Shown here: piece after piece, positions 40,243-51,157 of the stretch
How positions within the stretch are numbered: position 1 is the stretch's first letter
Layout: the number at the start of each line of letters is the position of its first letter
Assembly: GCA_964645975.1 (NCBI GenBank)
Contig: CAZYAF010000022.1
Location: 187 to 64,186 of the forward strand
Source: an uncultured Acidobacteriota bacterium
GTDB lineage: Bacteria; Acidobacteriota; B3-B38; Guanabaribacteriales; CAZYAF01
Direction: 5' to 3'
Length of the DNA stretch: 64,000 bases
Made by a program: the position numbers and the translations under genes
Notes under the pieces: model-generated
What the model saw: only the letters and a program-made list of their open reading frames with translations
What the model was told of the DNA's origin: nothing
The model's database searches: none

Positions 40243-40968
40243 TTAATCCAACCTAAATTTCTCTCCTAAGTAGATTTGTTTGACTTTCTCATCATTCTCT
40301 AAAGAACGAGGAATACCAGACCGAAATATTCTACCTTGATTTATGATATATGCTCTATTTGTAATTTGAAGCGTTTCCCGGACATTATGGTCAGTAATCA
40401 ATATGCCAATATTCCATTGAGCTAAATTACAAATAATATTTTGAATATCAGCTACTGCAATAGGATCAATCCCGGTAAAAGGTTCATCAAGCAAAATATA
40501 ACTTGGAGCAGTTACTAAAGCTCGAGCTATTTCTACTCGTCGTCTCTCTCCTCCTGATAAGGTATATGCTTTATTTCTTGCTAGATGTTCAAGTCCCAGT
40601 TCTCTAAGGAGCAATTCCAATCTCTCTTGTCGTTGAATTGATGTCAAATCTAAATTCTCTAATATGGCGAGAAGATTTTCTTCGACTGTAATCTTACGAA
40701 AAATAGATGGTTCTTGAGGCAAATAACTTATTCCACGACGTGCCCGCATGTACATGGGAAGGTCTGCTATATTCTCGCCATTTAAATATATGTTCCCTTT
40801 ATCCTGCTTAACAAAGCCAACAAGCATATAAAAAGTAGTGGTCTTCCCTGCTCCATTAGGACCTAAAAGCCCTACTACCTCTCCTTGATGAATCTCTAAG
40901 GAAACATTGTCAACTACTTTTCTGTTTTGATAAGACTTAACCAAACCTCTCGTTCTTAAAGCCTCCAT
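40243..40968 (-). CDS. lptB: LPS export ABC transporter ATP-binding protein
   Basis: Walker [17 protein letters not shown] signature [15 protein letters not shown], in the position immediately upstream of rpoN. Confidence 0.85.
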   Translation of the reverse strand: MEALRTRGLVKSYQNRKVVDNVSLEIHQGEVVGLLGPNGAGKTTTFYMLVGFVKQDKGNIYLNGENIADLPMYMRARRGISYLPQEPSIFRKITVEENLLAILENLDLTSIQRQERLELLLRELGLEHLARNKAYTLSGGERRRVEIARALVTAPSYILLDEPFTGIDPIAVADIQNIICNLAQWNIGILITDHNVRETLQITNRAYIINQGRIFRSGIPRSLENDEKVKQIYLGEKFRLD

Positions 40969-40987
40969 CCCTGATTTAACACCTCAT

Positions 40988-43063
40988 CTACTGTGGTCGA
41001 TAAACTGTTTTCACCCTCCCATCTTCGTTGGCCTTTAGAGTCATCTTATCATTGTCAAGGCAAAAAGTCAATATCTTGCCGATATGTGTCATTTTACCTT
41101 TTTGCATAAATCGGGCTTTATCTCCTTTTACTTCCATTTCTTTACTTTTGAAATCATAGGTAGCCATATCTCCTTGAGCTTTCATATCTCCACGTATAAC
41201 CTCTACATCATCACGAGCCAACGCATGATCCAAGCTATTTTCTCCTTTGGTCTGATAAAGGTCAATTTCTTCTGCTGTAATTTGGATATTCCCCTGCCGC
41301 ATATCAACGCCTTTTTTATATTCAATTACTTCTTTCTTATTGTTATAAAACATATAAGGACTAATAACCTCTAATTTTTCTCCTTGATTCTGTGAATTTT
41401 CCTTTGGCTCTTGAGGAAGGATGCTCTTTACATTACCCTCTGCTGTCAATTCTCCTGAATTTTGTAAAATCAAAGCTCTATCGGCCCATAATATGTTTCC
41501 ACCAAATAAACCTTTAACATTTCCAAAGTAGTGAATTGTATGCTTAGTATGGTTATAAATCATCATATCAGAGTTAAATACAACGGGTTCTTGAGCTCCT
41601 GATATATTAAACATATCTTTTAATGTCTCAGGAGGCTGTTCGGATACTACATTATCCTGCGCTAATAGCTCCTCACCCATATGAGAATAATATATTTTAT
41701 CCGCTGTTACTTTATTCCCTTCCTGTATAACCTGAGGATTACCTCTTAATTCAAGCGATCCTTCTTTATCCGAATAAATTGCCCTTTCTGAAATTGCTTC
41801 TAAAGTTTCTTGAAAAAATTTGAAATTACCAATAAATTCCACATTTACAAGCTCTCCTGTAGAAGGGTTGAATCTACCCTTAATCTCATTTGCCTCCATT
41901 ATCTTTTCTGGCTGCATATCTTTAGGTTTGTATATCTCAATCTTTGCTCTTTCTTTTGCAGTAAACTTCTTTATTTGCTGTTGAGGTGAATTTAGCTCCA
42001 TCTCTAATTTCTCCGCAGTAATTATGCGCCTCTCTACAACCCGTTTTGTTTTCGCAGAACGAAGGAGAATTTCTAAACGTGCATCGCCTATCGCTTCTAT
42101 TTTCTGCGCAGAGTTTTCCTCATCTAAGGTAAAATATATTATGAGACTTCTACAGGTGAGATTTTTTATACCTTCTGAAAGTTTTAAGATATTTAAGCTT
42201 TGACCACCTAAAGGTGGAGTATTTATTTGCTCAGTTTCAGTTTCAATGCTCCCGAATCTACTTTCTATAGCTCCCTGAGCTTCTATTTGCATTACATATT
42301 TATTATCCTCAGTTAATTGGCCATCTATTCGCTGACTATAAAGAAATTCTTGCCCTCTTTTAATGGATACGTTATTATCAAAAAAGAATGTATGCTTTTT
42401 GGGTTCATATTGAACAAATCCACATTTAATAAAAATTGGAGGTCTGGGTTGGGCTGAATCTTCTTCTTTGCTTTCTTCATTCTTTTTATCATGCTCATCA
42501 ATTTCTTCTTCTGATAATTGCTCCTGAGCGACCTCTAACTCAATATTTCCAATAAGTTGTATTATGCCTGGACCAAGAAAATATATGAATCTATTAGCAC
42601 TTCCTTTAAGTCGTCCTTTGTTGAAATGAATAGTTTGTGGACTGATAATGCAATCTCTTTGATGAAAATAATTAAGCCTCTTACTGCTAAATTCTAAACC
42701 ATCACTGGTATGACCCTTTATATCTCCTCTTAGAATGGCTCTCCTTATTTGGTCCCTTTTGACTACTACGTCGGCTTTATCCCCTGTAATGGTTATCTCC
42801 TTCTCACCTTTAAAAGTCTGGAGTTCAAAATCTTGATAAGTAATGTCTCCACTTTCTTTATAAATAGCCTTCTCAGCTTTAAGTCTAAATTTAGGTTGCA
42901 CAATCTCAGTTCCAATAACTACCTGGCTATTTTTCTCTATAGAGACTTCAGGCTCTGGCTCTAATGCCTCTGGTTCTCTTACTCTATATTTCTGAATTAT
43001 ATAAAACACAAAGACGCCAAGAATTATTAAAAGTATATAACGTAAAACTCGCGTGCTTTGCAT
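40988..43063 (-). CDS. LptC/LptA-like periplasmic LPS-transport protein (OstA-like, N-terminal membrane anchor, extended)
   Basis: 691 aa with an N-terminal TM (VLRYILLIILGVFVFYIIQ), then a beta-rich region. It occupies the lptC-lptA slot of the conserved lptCAB-rpoN operon. A fusion or extension is inferred from length only. Confidence 0.45.
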   Translation of the reverse strand: MQSTRVLRYILLIILGVFVFYIIQKYRVREPEALEPEPEVSIEKNSQVVIGTEIVQPKFRLKAEKAIYKESGDITYQDFELQTFKGEKEITITGDKADVVVKRDQIRRAILRGDIKGHTSDGLEFSSKRLNYFHQRDCIISPQTIHFNKGRLKGSANRFIYFLGPGIIQLIGNIELEVAQEQLSEEEIDEHDKKNEESKEEDSAQPRPPIFIKCGFVQYEPKKHTFFFDNNVSIKRGQEFLYSQRIDGQLTEDNKYVMQIEAQGAIESRFGSIETETEQINTPPLGGQSLNILKLSEGIKNLTCRSLIIYFTLDEENSAQKIEAIGDARLEILLRSAKTKRVVERRIITAEKLEMELNSPQQQIKKFTAKERAKIEIYKPKDMQPEKIMEANEIKGRFNPSTGELVNVEFIGNFKFFQETLEAISERAIYSDKEGSLELRGNPQVIQEGNKVTADKIYYSHMGEELLAQDNVVSEQPPETLKDMFNISGAQEPVVFNSDMMIYNHTKHTIHYFGNVKGLFGGNILWADRALILQNSGELTAEGNVKSILPQEPKENSQNQGEKLEVISPYMFYNNKKEVIEYKKGVDMRQGNIQITAEEIDLYQTKGENSLDHALARDDVEVIRGDMKAQGDMATYDFKSKEMEVKGDKARFMQKGKMTHIGKILTFCLDNDKMTLKANEDGRVKTVYRPQ

Positions 43064-43318
43064 CTGCCTAAAATTCCTTTAAAATCAATAAGTTACTCGC
43101 TTCAGATATTCGTTACTATAATTGAATTTTATCATTTTTTTCATAGTTATATATTCATTTTTCTAACTTAATATTAGCATTTATGGGGTAAATAAGTCAA
43201 TGCAAAAGGAATTCTTTATCATAAGGATATTATGACTATCCTTACTCGCAAATGGGGGATCATATAAAATAGTCTAAGTAGCAGAATGCTTTAAATTTTA
43301 TTATCATTGAAGCTGGAG

Positions 43319-45292
43319 TTATCTATCCTTTTCTTGGAAAGCTTCTTTTAAGCTCTTAGTAGCTTCTATATGGGAGCCTCTGTAATCTGGTAATTCAAGA
43401 GCTTTTTTATGCTCTTCTATGGCTAATCCTCGCTGATCTTGCATATCAAAAATTTGACCTCTACGAATATGACACCAGGGCGATATATTCAGCGCTTCCT
43501 CATTCTGCTCCTTTAAATCAATCGCTGCTTGAAATGACTTTAAAGCCTTATCAAATTTTCCCAACTTCATAAGTGAGCGACCCTGATAATATAACATATA
43601 CGAATTGTTTGGATTTTTTCCTACCATTTCACTGCTAATATTAAGCGCCTGGTTATATTGACCGTTTCGATAACAAGCAACGACCAAATGTTCTTTTGCA
43701 TCATCCCGAGAAATAAGAGGCATTCTATCGGAAGGGTCAAGTTTAACATCTCTAAGACTTCTGGTAGTGAAAAACTCAATCCATCCTTTATCGAGCTGAG
43801 GAGGGAATATTTTGCTGTATTTCTCTCCATCAATAGTAGTAATCTCTACCTCAATTGGCATAGCGATTTTCCCTATCTTATTAACTTCTACTTTTGTCAA
43901 GAATTTATCCTCTTTTTTATAGGTTATTACTTGTGAGATCTGATAGTCAAACTTATCATTGGTGTAGAGCCATGGTTGAAAGAACCAATCCAAATCCTGA
44001 CCGCTTATTTCTTGGCATACAGCCTTAAAATCTTTTGCTGTTAGTACTTTATACTTATATCTTTCTAATAGAGTGACAAAAATTTTGTGAAATGTTTCAT
44101 GCCCCACCACCTGCTCCAGCATCTCTATTACTGTGAAGGATTTGCCATGCATAATGATATTATTCCAATCGAACTCAGCTTTTTCGAGTTCCTTCATTTT
44201 CTGCATGATAGTCGTATCGTAGCCCATTAAAGCACCAGTTAAATATCTGTAGCGGAAACCATCATAAATGCTTCTATCGAGAGAGCGAGCTTCGGAATAA
44301 ATTCTATCAGTATAAATTCCCAGACCTATTCCCAACCAGTTGCAGTATTCTATGGGGTACAATACATAGCCAAATCCCCAGTAATAGTGGGCTATCTCAT
44401 GTGCAGTTATCCACTGAGCAAAATCATCACTTGTACCTTCTAAATGATGAATAGCTATAATTCCGCTAGCAACAGGGTATCCTCCTGTTGAAATCTTAGT
44501 TGCACCGGGGATAATGTTTATAACTTTTTCGGGATAAAAACCAATATTGTCTATATAAAATGTAATAATATCAGTAGCAGCCTGCTCTAACTCTTTTGTC
44601 CATTCAGCTACACCTGGAGCATAGTAGATGGTTAACTTAATACCTTTTACCAGGCTTTCTTTTTTCTCAATATCATCGAAAAATACCAAACCAAAATTGC
44701 TGATTTCAGTTGCCTTCGATATCACCTTTTTCATACCTTTGCTGTTCTTTTGAACAGAAATAACATCACCTGAAGTAACCACTGTTTTCTCCGCTGGCAA
44801 TTGCACTTCAACCCGATAGGAAGCTATTTCACCATAAAAGGGCTGCAATTCCCCCTCATAATAGGGAACTGCCTTAGGATGCCAATAATAGCTTAAAGAG
44901 CTATAAATATAACGTTCTGGTCTGCTCCAGGGAGCAGCTGTAAAATGCATTAGCAGGCTAATCTTTTCCCTGCTTTCCAATGGATGGGGCAAACTAACCT
45001 CTATGATTCCGGGATACTCTTTGGATATGGCAAAATTAAGATCTGAGCCCTTATCATCTGATATTTTCCTCACCTGACACTGGGGCTCCTCATCTTGAGG
45101 CTCTGCGATTCTAAAATAAAGCTTTTCCAAAGAGTAATCGGTAGGATTCACATACTCAATCCTCTGAGTGCCTATAGCTTCTTTCATATCTTCGCTCAGC
45201 TTTACTTTAATGAAATAATTGTTTCCCTGAGCCAAAGCATTCAATGTAAAAATCAAAAATAGTATTGCTATTAAGGATAATACTTTTCTCAT
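43319..45292 (-). CDS. secreted zinc metallopeptidase (HEXXH gluzincin, M1-like) with C-terminal TPR domain
   Basis: Signal peptide. HEIAHYYWGFGYVLYPIEYCNW (HEXXH plus downstream Glu). C-terminal TPR-like helices. Tandem paralog of 45431..47419. Confidence 0.6.
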   Translation of the reverse strand: MRKVLSLIAILFLIFTLNALAQGNNYFIKVKLSEDMKEAIGTQRIEYVNPTDYSLEKLYFRIAEPQDEEPQCQVRKISDDKGSDLNFAISKEYPGIIEVSLPHPLESREKISLLMHFTAAPWSRPERYIYSSLSYYWHPKAVPYYEGELQPFYGEIASYRVEVQLPAEKTVVTSGDVISVQKNSKGMKKVISKATEISNFGLVFFDDIEKKESLVKGIKLTIYYAPGVAEWTKELEQAATDIITFYIDNIGFYPEKVINIIPGATKISTGGYPVASGIIAIHHLEGTSDDFAQWITAHEIAHYYWGFGYVLYPIEYCNWLGIGLGIYTDRIYSEARSLDRSIYDGFRYRYLTGALMGYDTTIMQKMKELEKAEFDWNNIIMHGKSFTVIEMLEQVVGHETFHKIFVTLLERYKYKVLTAKDFKAVCQEISGQDLDWFFQPWLYTNDKFDYQISQVITYKKEDKFLTKVEVNKIGKIAMPIEVEITTIDGEKYSKIFPPQLDKGWIEFFTTRSLRDVKLDPSDRMPLISRDDAKEHLVVACYRNGQYNQALNISSEMVGKNPNNSYMLYYQGRSLMKLGKFDKALKSFQAAIDLKEQNEEALNISPWCHIRRGQIFDMQDQRGLAIEEHKKALELPDYRGSHIEATKSLKEAFQEKDR

Positions 45293-45430
45293 GTTATTTT
45301 CCTTTGCATGTCTATATTTTCATTTTAATTTATACTTAGCCTGCTAAGTTGATTCAATCTACATCATGATCTTTGCAAAAGAAATCAGGTTTAGCTTGTT
45401 ATCATAATTTACTTGGGAAAAATGCTTAGA

Positions 45431-47419
45431 TTATTCTTCATCTTCTCTGTAAGGTTGCTCCAGATATTTCTTAGCTTTGGAATGAGCTCCTCTATAATCA
45501 GGCAGGCTTAAAGCTTTTTTATATTCAGCCAGAGCTAATTCTCGACGACCTTGAAGGTCAAAAACTTGTCCCCTACGAATATGGCTCAAAGCGCTATATT
45601 TTTGAGCTTGCTTATTCTTTCCCTTCAAATCAATAACCTTTTGAAACGAATTTAGCGCTTTATTAAATTTACCGATAATTACTAAGGCCTCTCCTTTATA
45701 ATAAAGCCATCTTACATTATCAGGAGTACGCATAAGTGCTTCGTCGAAGAATATAAGGCTAAGAGCATACTGATCACTGTTATAGCAATCAACAATCATA
45801 CTGCTTATTATTTCATCATTTATCCGAGAAAAAAGCGGCAATCTCTCAGAAGGATCAAGTTTGACATCCTTGAGGCTGCTGGAAGTATGGAATTCAATCC
45901 AACCTTCATCAAGCTGCCGGGGAAATATTTTGCTATATTTCTCCTCATCAATAGTTGTAATCTCTACCTCAATGGGCATAGAAATTTGACCGGTCTTCTT
46001 AACTTCTACGCGCGTTAAAAACTTACCCTCTTTTTTATATGTTTTTACCTGTGAAATTACATAGTCAAGTTTATCATTAGTGTAAAGCCAGGGCTGGAAG
46101 AACCATTCCAATTTTCGCCCGCTTATCTCTTCGCATACTGCCTGAAAATTATTTGCTGTGAGAACCTTATATTTATATCTTTCTAATAATGTGACAAAAA
46201 TTTTGTGAAAGGTCTCAGGTCCCACTACCTGTTCCAACATCTCTATTACTGTGAAAGATTTGCCGTGCATTATAACATTATTCCAATCAAAATCTGCTTT
46301 AGTAAGTCTCTCCATTTTCTGCATAATTGTAGTATCAAATCCTAATAAAGCTCCTGATATGTATCTATAGCGTAATCTATCATAAAGATATCGATCTAAA
46401 GATTGTGCTTCAGAATATAGCCTATCAGTGTAAATTCCCAGGCCTATTCCCAACCAGTTGCAGTATTCTATAGGATACAGCACATAGCCAAATCCCCAGT
46501 AATAGTGAGCTATTTCATGTGCAGTTATCCAGTGGGCAAAATCTTTGCTTGTGCCCTCTAAATGATGAATAGCTATAATTCCGCTGGCAACAGGGTATCC
46601 ACCTGTTGAAATCTTAGTCGCACCGGGGATGATGTTTATAACTTTTTCCGGATAGAAGCCGATATTGTCTATAAAAAATGTAACAATATCAGCAGCAACT
46701 TGCTCTAATTCTTTTGTCCATTCAGCTACACCTGGAGCATAGTAGATGGTTAACTTGATACCTTTTACCAGGCTTTCTTTTTTCTCAATATCATCGAAAA
46801 ATACCAAACCAAAATTGCTGATTTCAGTTGCCTGCGATATCACCTTTTTCATACCCTTGCTGTTCTTTTGAACAGAAATAACATCACCGGAAGTAACCAC
46901 TGTTTTCTCCGCTGGCAATTGCACTTCAACCTGATAGGAAGCTATCTCACCATAAAAAGCCTGCAATTCCCCCTCATAATAGGGAACCGCTTTAGGATGC
47001 CAGTAATAGCTTAGTGCACTATAAATATATCGCTCTGGCCTACTCTGAGGAGCAGCAGTAAAATGCATAATCAGGTTAATCTTTTCCTTGCTTTCCAATG
47101 GCCTGGATAAATTAACCTCTATGATTCCGGGATACTCTTTGGATACGGCAAAATTAAGATCTGAGCCCTTATCATCTGATATTTTCCTCACCTGACACTG
47201 GGGCTCCTCATCTTGAGGTTCAGCGACTCTAAAATAGAGCTTTTCCAAAGAGTAATCAATAGGATTCACAAACTCTATCCTCTGAGTGCCTATGGCCTCT
47301 TTCATATCTTCGCTTAATTTAACTTTAATTAAGTAGGTATTCCCCTGAGACCACAGGCTTAAGGAACATGCAAATAGTGTAAAAATAAGGAAAGCAAACA
47401 AAGATAATGGCCTTTTCAT
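45431..47419 (-). CDS. secreted/lipoprotein zinc metallopeptidase (HEXXH gluzincin, M1-like) with C-terminal TPR domain
   Basis: Signal peptide with a possible lipobox (LFAC). Same HEIAHYYWGFGYVLYPIEYCNW motif. Long stretches of near-identical nucleotide sequence with the downstream paralog. Confidence 0.6.
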   Translation of the reverse strand: MKRPLSLFAFLIFTLFACSLSLWSQGNTYLIKVKLSEDMKEAIGTQRIEFVNPIDYSLEKLYFRVAEPQDEEPQCQVRKISDDKGSDLNFAVSKEYPGIIEVNLSRPLESKEKINLIMHFTAAPQSRPERYIYSALSYYWHPKAVPYYEGELQAFYGEIASYQVEVQLPAEKTVVTSGDVISVQKNSKGMKKVISQATEISNFGLVFFDDIEKKESLVKGIKLTIYYAPGVAEWTKELEQVAADIVTFFIDNIGFYPEKVINIIPGATKISTGGYPVASGIIAIHHLEGTSKDFAHWITAHEIAHYYWGFGYVLYPIEYCNWLGIGLGIYTDRLYSEAQSLDRYLYDRLRYRYISGALLGFDTTIMQKMERLTKADFDWNNVIMHGKSFTVIEMLEQVVGPETFHKIFVTLLERYKYKVLTANNFQAVCEEISGRKLEWFFQPWLYTNDKLDYVISQVKTYKKEGKFLTRVEVKKTGQISMPIEVEITTIDEEKYSKIFPRQLDEGWIEFHTSSSLKDVKLDPSERLPLFSRINDEIISSMIVDCYNSDQYALSLIFFDEALMRTPDNVRWLYYKGEALVIIGKFNKALNSFQKVIDLKGKNKQAQKYSALSHIRRGQVFDLQGRRELALAEYKKALSLPDYRGAHSKAKKYLEQPYREDEE

Positions 47420-47658
47420 AATTCCCCCTTCGATAAAATAATTCTCCTGACTTTTTATGTTAAATTAAGTCCTGCGTTTAAGTTAATCATCATATAATAA
47501 AGACAATACAAACTATAAAAAAGTTGCTCATCTTTTTTAATAATTATAAAAATCAGGTATATATATATAAAAAGTTAAATATAACGAGCTTTAATTAGAA
47601 ATGGGAAGGGATGCAATAAGAAGGTAATATTCGACTAAAGGACTTTGTTTAAATAAAA

Positions 47659-48312
47659 TTATTTTACATGAAAATTGATTTTAAAGATTATGCTAAGTCC
47701 ACCGATATTGCTCTCTTTATAATAGGCTGATACTCCATGATTACCAATTACGTCAGGGACATGACTCCATTTGGCTTCAGCAGAAAGGCTTAATGCCTCT
47801 CTATTCAGGAAATCTACACCTCCTAATATATGATAACCACCATGCCAGAGTGAAGAGCCATTTTCCCAGGGGATATACTCTTCCTCTTTAAAATAATAGA
47901 GGCTGTAACCGCCACCTATATAGGGGGATATTTTCTTGCTTTTAAGGAAATAGTAACCACCGCTAAAACTGATAGGTACGATTATGACATTTGTATCTAA
48001 ATCAGTTTTAAATACTTCACTTCCGGTGACAAAAACGCGGTTACCATTTCTTCTAAAATAATCTACTGAAGCTTCAAAGAAGAAGCTATAAGCAAAATCC
48101 ATTTTCATCCCTGCACCTAAACTGAGGCCTGCCGACCTTCCAAATACAGCTTTAAAACTATCTGAAGCTTGAGTAATATCCATATATCCTATTCGGCCAT
48201 TAAAACTGAGACCCTTTAAAAAGCTGTCATCCTCTTGAGAAAATACTTTGTTTAAGGGTAAAAGAAGAATAATTATTAAACATACTGTTAGAGTTCTTAT
48301 TCTATTATTCAC
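47659..48312 (-). CDS. small outer-membrane beta-barrel protein (8-strand OmpW/OmpA-barrel-like)
   Basis: 217 aa with a signal peptide and alternating hydrophobic beta-strand pattern ending in a near-C-terminal aromatic. Generic call. Confidence 0.45.
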   Translation of the reverse strand: MNNRIRTLTVCLIIILLLPLNKVFSQEDDSFLKGLSFNGRIGYMDITQASDSFKAVFGRSAGLSLGAGMKMDFAYSFFFEASVDYFRRNGNRVFVTGSEVFKTDLDTNVIIVPISFSGGYYFLKSKKISPYIGGGYSLYYFKEEEYIPWENGSSLWHGGYHILGGVDFLNREALSLSAEAKWSHVPDVIGNHGVSAYYKESNIGGLSIIFKINFHVK

Positions 48313-48373
48313 TTTCTTCTCCTTATGTATCCCCCTGATAATTCTAATTATTTGAAGCTAATCAAAAGAGATA

Positions 48374-49861
48374 TCAATTATCTATGCCCATAGCTTTTAA
48401 AATATTTCGGGCACTTACTAATCCGTGGCCATTATCATTATCTTTTCCTTTATCTCCTAAATCAACTGCTGTGTAACGCAATGCATCGTATATCATTTCC
48501 GGATTTGTTAGTCCATATTGCGATATGAGCAAAGCAGCAACTCCAGCTATATGAGGAGCAGAAAAAGATGTTCCTTGAAGGAAGAAATAATAAAACTCGC
48601 CATAATCTGGGACCAGGAAAGCTTGCTGAAGGATTCCATCTACATAATCGTCATTATTAAGGTCAACGGTAGAGTTGCCTCCAGGTGCTACAATATCTAA
48701 TCCAGGACCGCTGTTAGAGTAAAAAGTAATATTATTATTATAGTCTGTGGCACCAACGGCTAATACTTGGTTATAGCGAGCAGGATAATCAACATCATCT
48801 GGAGGATCGACTGCGTCTCGCTCATTACCAGCGCTGGCAACCATTACGACTCCGCTATTGTAAGCAAATCTAACTGCTTCTTCCTCTACCTGAGACGGGT
48901 CCGTTCCACCAAGGCTCATATTTATTACTGAAGCGCCATTAAGTGTGGCAAAAACTATGGCATCTGCCAAATCTGCTGTGGTTCCCATGCCATCAATATC
49001 AAGAATCCTGAGAGGCATGACGCTGGCATTAAAGGCTATACCTGCAATCCCAAATGCATTATTAGTAGTTTGAGCTATTGTCCCAGTAACAAAGGTACCG
49101 TGACCAATTGTTCCATCTCCTTCATCATTTGGGTGGTTATCATTATCCACAAAATCATAACCGGGTGTAAAACGAGTTCCTTCCAGGTCGGTAGCTCGTC
49201 GAAATTGACCATAATTTTCATAAGCCACACCAGTATCAATCACCGCAACTATGACACTGGGGTCTGCTCCAAAATTGATATCCCACGCCTCTTCAATATT
49301 AATTTTCTGCAGATGCCATTGTAATTGAAAATAGCGATCGTTGGGTGTGAAATGTGCGTATCTAATATAATTCGGCTCAGCATAAATTACTTCTGGTTGA
49401 CTTGATAGCCATCGAACCGCATCAAGAACATTCATATTTTCAGGTAAAGCAATGATCTCAAAATTTGTATATTTACTGGACTTTCTAATTTTTCCGCCTT
49501 TATCCTTGGCAAAGTCTTTTATCCCCTCAGCTGATAAACCTTCATTAAATCTTACAATAACTTCGCCAGGAACGAAGCGTACTCTTTTACGTCTATTTAG
49601 CCCCTTATATGAAATTAAATAAGGATCAAAATCGGATTGAGCAATAAGGGATGTATTACCTATTGAATCATTGTGAGCTTTTAGAATTACAGGATTTTTA
49701 GGAGCAATCAGGTAGTCAACCCGTGCTTTACTTTGTTTGTTTGATTCTCTCTCACTTTTTATTTCTTTTTCGGATTGGGAGGAAATTGGGGATAATAAAA
49801 GCAAAATAAAACAAATACTGAGAAATAAAAGAAATACTAATTGTTTCTTATTTTTGTCCAT
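48374..49861 (-). CDS. S8-family subtilisin-like serine peptidase, secreted
   Basis: Catalytic triad motifs VAVIDTGV (Asp), HGTFVTGTIA (His), GTSFSAPHIAGVAALL (Ser). Signal peptide. Confidence 0.85.
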   Translation of the reverse strand: MDKNKKQLVFLLFLSICFILLLLSPISSQSEKEIKSERESNKQSKARVDYLIAPKNPVILKAHNDSIGNTSLIAQSDFDPYLISYKGLNRRKRVRFVPGEVIVRFNEGLSAEGIKDFAKDKGGKIRKSSKYTNFEIIALPENMNVLDAVRWLSSQPEVIYAEPNYIRYAHFTPNDRYFQLQWHLQKINIEEAWDINFGADPSVIVAVIDTGVAYENYGQFRRATDLEGTRFTPGYDFVDNDNHPNDEGDGTIGHGTFVTGTIAQTTNNAFGIAGIAFNASVMPLRILDIDGMGTTADLADAIVFATLNGASVINMSLGGTDPSQVEEEAVRFAYNSGVVMVASAGNERDAVDPPDDVDYPARYNQVLAVGATDYNNNITFYSNSGPGLDIVAPGGNSTVDLNNDDYVDGILQQAFLVPDYGEFYYFFLQGTSFSAPHIAGVAALLISQYGLTNPEMIYDALRYTAVDLGDKGKDNDNGHGLVSARNILKAMGIDN

Positions 49862-49884
49862 AATAATTACTCATTATTTATATG

Positions 49885-51066
49885 TTAAAATTTTACACTC
49901 GCGCCAAAACAATAGCTTAAATCATTAAGATGTGGCTGATAAGCGATAGCTATATCTATATAAAATGTTTGAAAACGAACGCTTCCTCCTGCTGTGTATA
50001 CTATATCTCTCTCCTCTGCAGCAAAATTATAGTATCCACCACCTCTAATTGCCATTCTGTAATTAAATAACCACTTCTCAAAACCAGCAGCAAATTCCCT
50101 GAATTCTAATTCATCATTATCATACCATTTGTTCTTACTAAGATCAAAATCGACACTAATTATAGTAGAGGGATTTGGTACAACTGCAACACCAGTTCTC
50201 CATTGGGCTTTCAATTGAAGTTTTTCTTCGTTATCTAATTCGAAAGTGGGGCTGCGAAAATTCTTTCCCACCAGACCGACTCTTATATATTTAGAAAGTT
50301 CAGCTAAAAAACCAATATCAAAAGAAAAAGCTGCTCCGCTTGCTAAATGATCTTTGAAAGTATCTTTTACCAAATTTCGTGCTTTTACTGTTTCATCAAA
50401 ACCATTGAATAATAGTATAGTATTTTCATATTTTTTTAGCTGCATGTATTTTACATTAATCCCTACCATAAATTGGCTGACAAAAAGGGGATAAGATAGG
50501 GAAAAAATATACTCTCTTGCTTTTATCCCTTGTATATTTAAATGAGAATTATTATTTTTTATATAATGAGGAGAAGTAATATCCGAATCTATATTTACCA
50601 GGTCAGCTGCTGGGCTAATAAGGGACCCTTTCCATTCCAACATGCTAGCTCCCCAGGCCGCACCGCTGCTAAAAAATCCCATTTGCATATGACCATTAAT
50701 ATTTAATCCTTCCTGGCTAAGCGACTCAAGAAGCTCCACAGCAGATGAGAGATCATCTTCATCAAAGCTATCTTCGCTTAAATCAATATCTAATTCAACC
50801 AGATCATTTACTCTATTTATAGGTTCTCCTTCCTGCTGAGCTAAAATACCATAATTATAAGATAAATCATATCGCTGAAAAAAACTGACTCCTGCTGGAT
50901 TCCAATATGCACTCAAAGAATCATCTGCAGCTGCTACGTAAGCTCCCCCCATACCGAGAGCTCTGGTACCGATCTTCCAAAATCTTTGCGCCCAACTGGG
51001 CATACTGAAAGCTATTAAAAAAAGAATAATATTAATAACTAAACCTATCCTTATTTTGTTATCCAT
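49885..51066 (-). CDS. outer-membrane beta-barrel protein (TraF_2/UPF0164-like N-terminal motif)
   Basis: Signal peptide. ..GMGGAYVAAADDSLSAYWNPAG.. motif. Ends ..FGASVKF with a C-terminal Phe, typical of OMPs. Confidence 0.4.
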   Translation of the reverse strand: MDNKIRIGLVINIILFLIAFSMPSWAQRFWKIGTRALGMGGAYVAAADDSLSAYWNPAGVSFFQRYDLSYNYGILAQQEGEPINRVNDLVELDIDLSEDSFDEDDLSSAVELLESLSQEGLNINGHMQMGFFSSGAAWGASMLEWKGSLISPAADLVNIDSDITSPHYIKNNNSHLNIQGIKAREYIFSLSYPLFVSQFMVGINVKYMQLKKYENTILLFNGFDETVKARNLVKDTFKDHLASGAAFSFDIGFLAELSKYIRVGLVGKNFRSPTFELDNEEKLQLKAQWRTGVAVVPNPSTIISVDFDLSKNKWYDNDELEFREFAAGFEKWLFNYRMAIRGGGYYNFAAEERDIVYTAGGSVRFQTFYIDIAIAYQPHLNDLSYCFGASVKF

Positions 51067-51157
51067 TTTCCACTATTTTATTCCTTAATTTTTATTAGTT
51101 AGCTAAAATAACGAATGCTTATAATGTTATTGCTATTTTCTTTATCTACTTGTTTTA

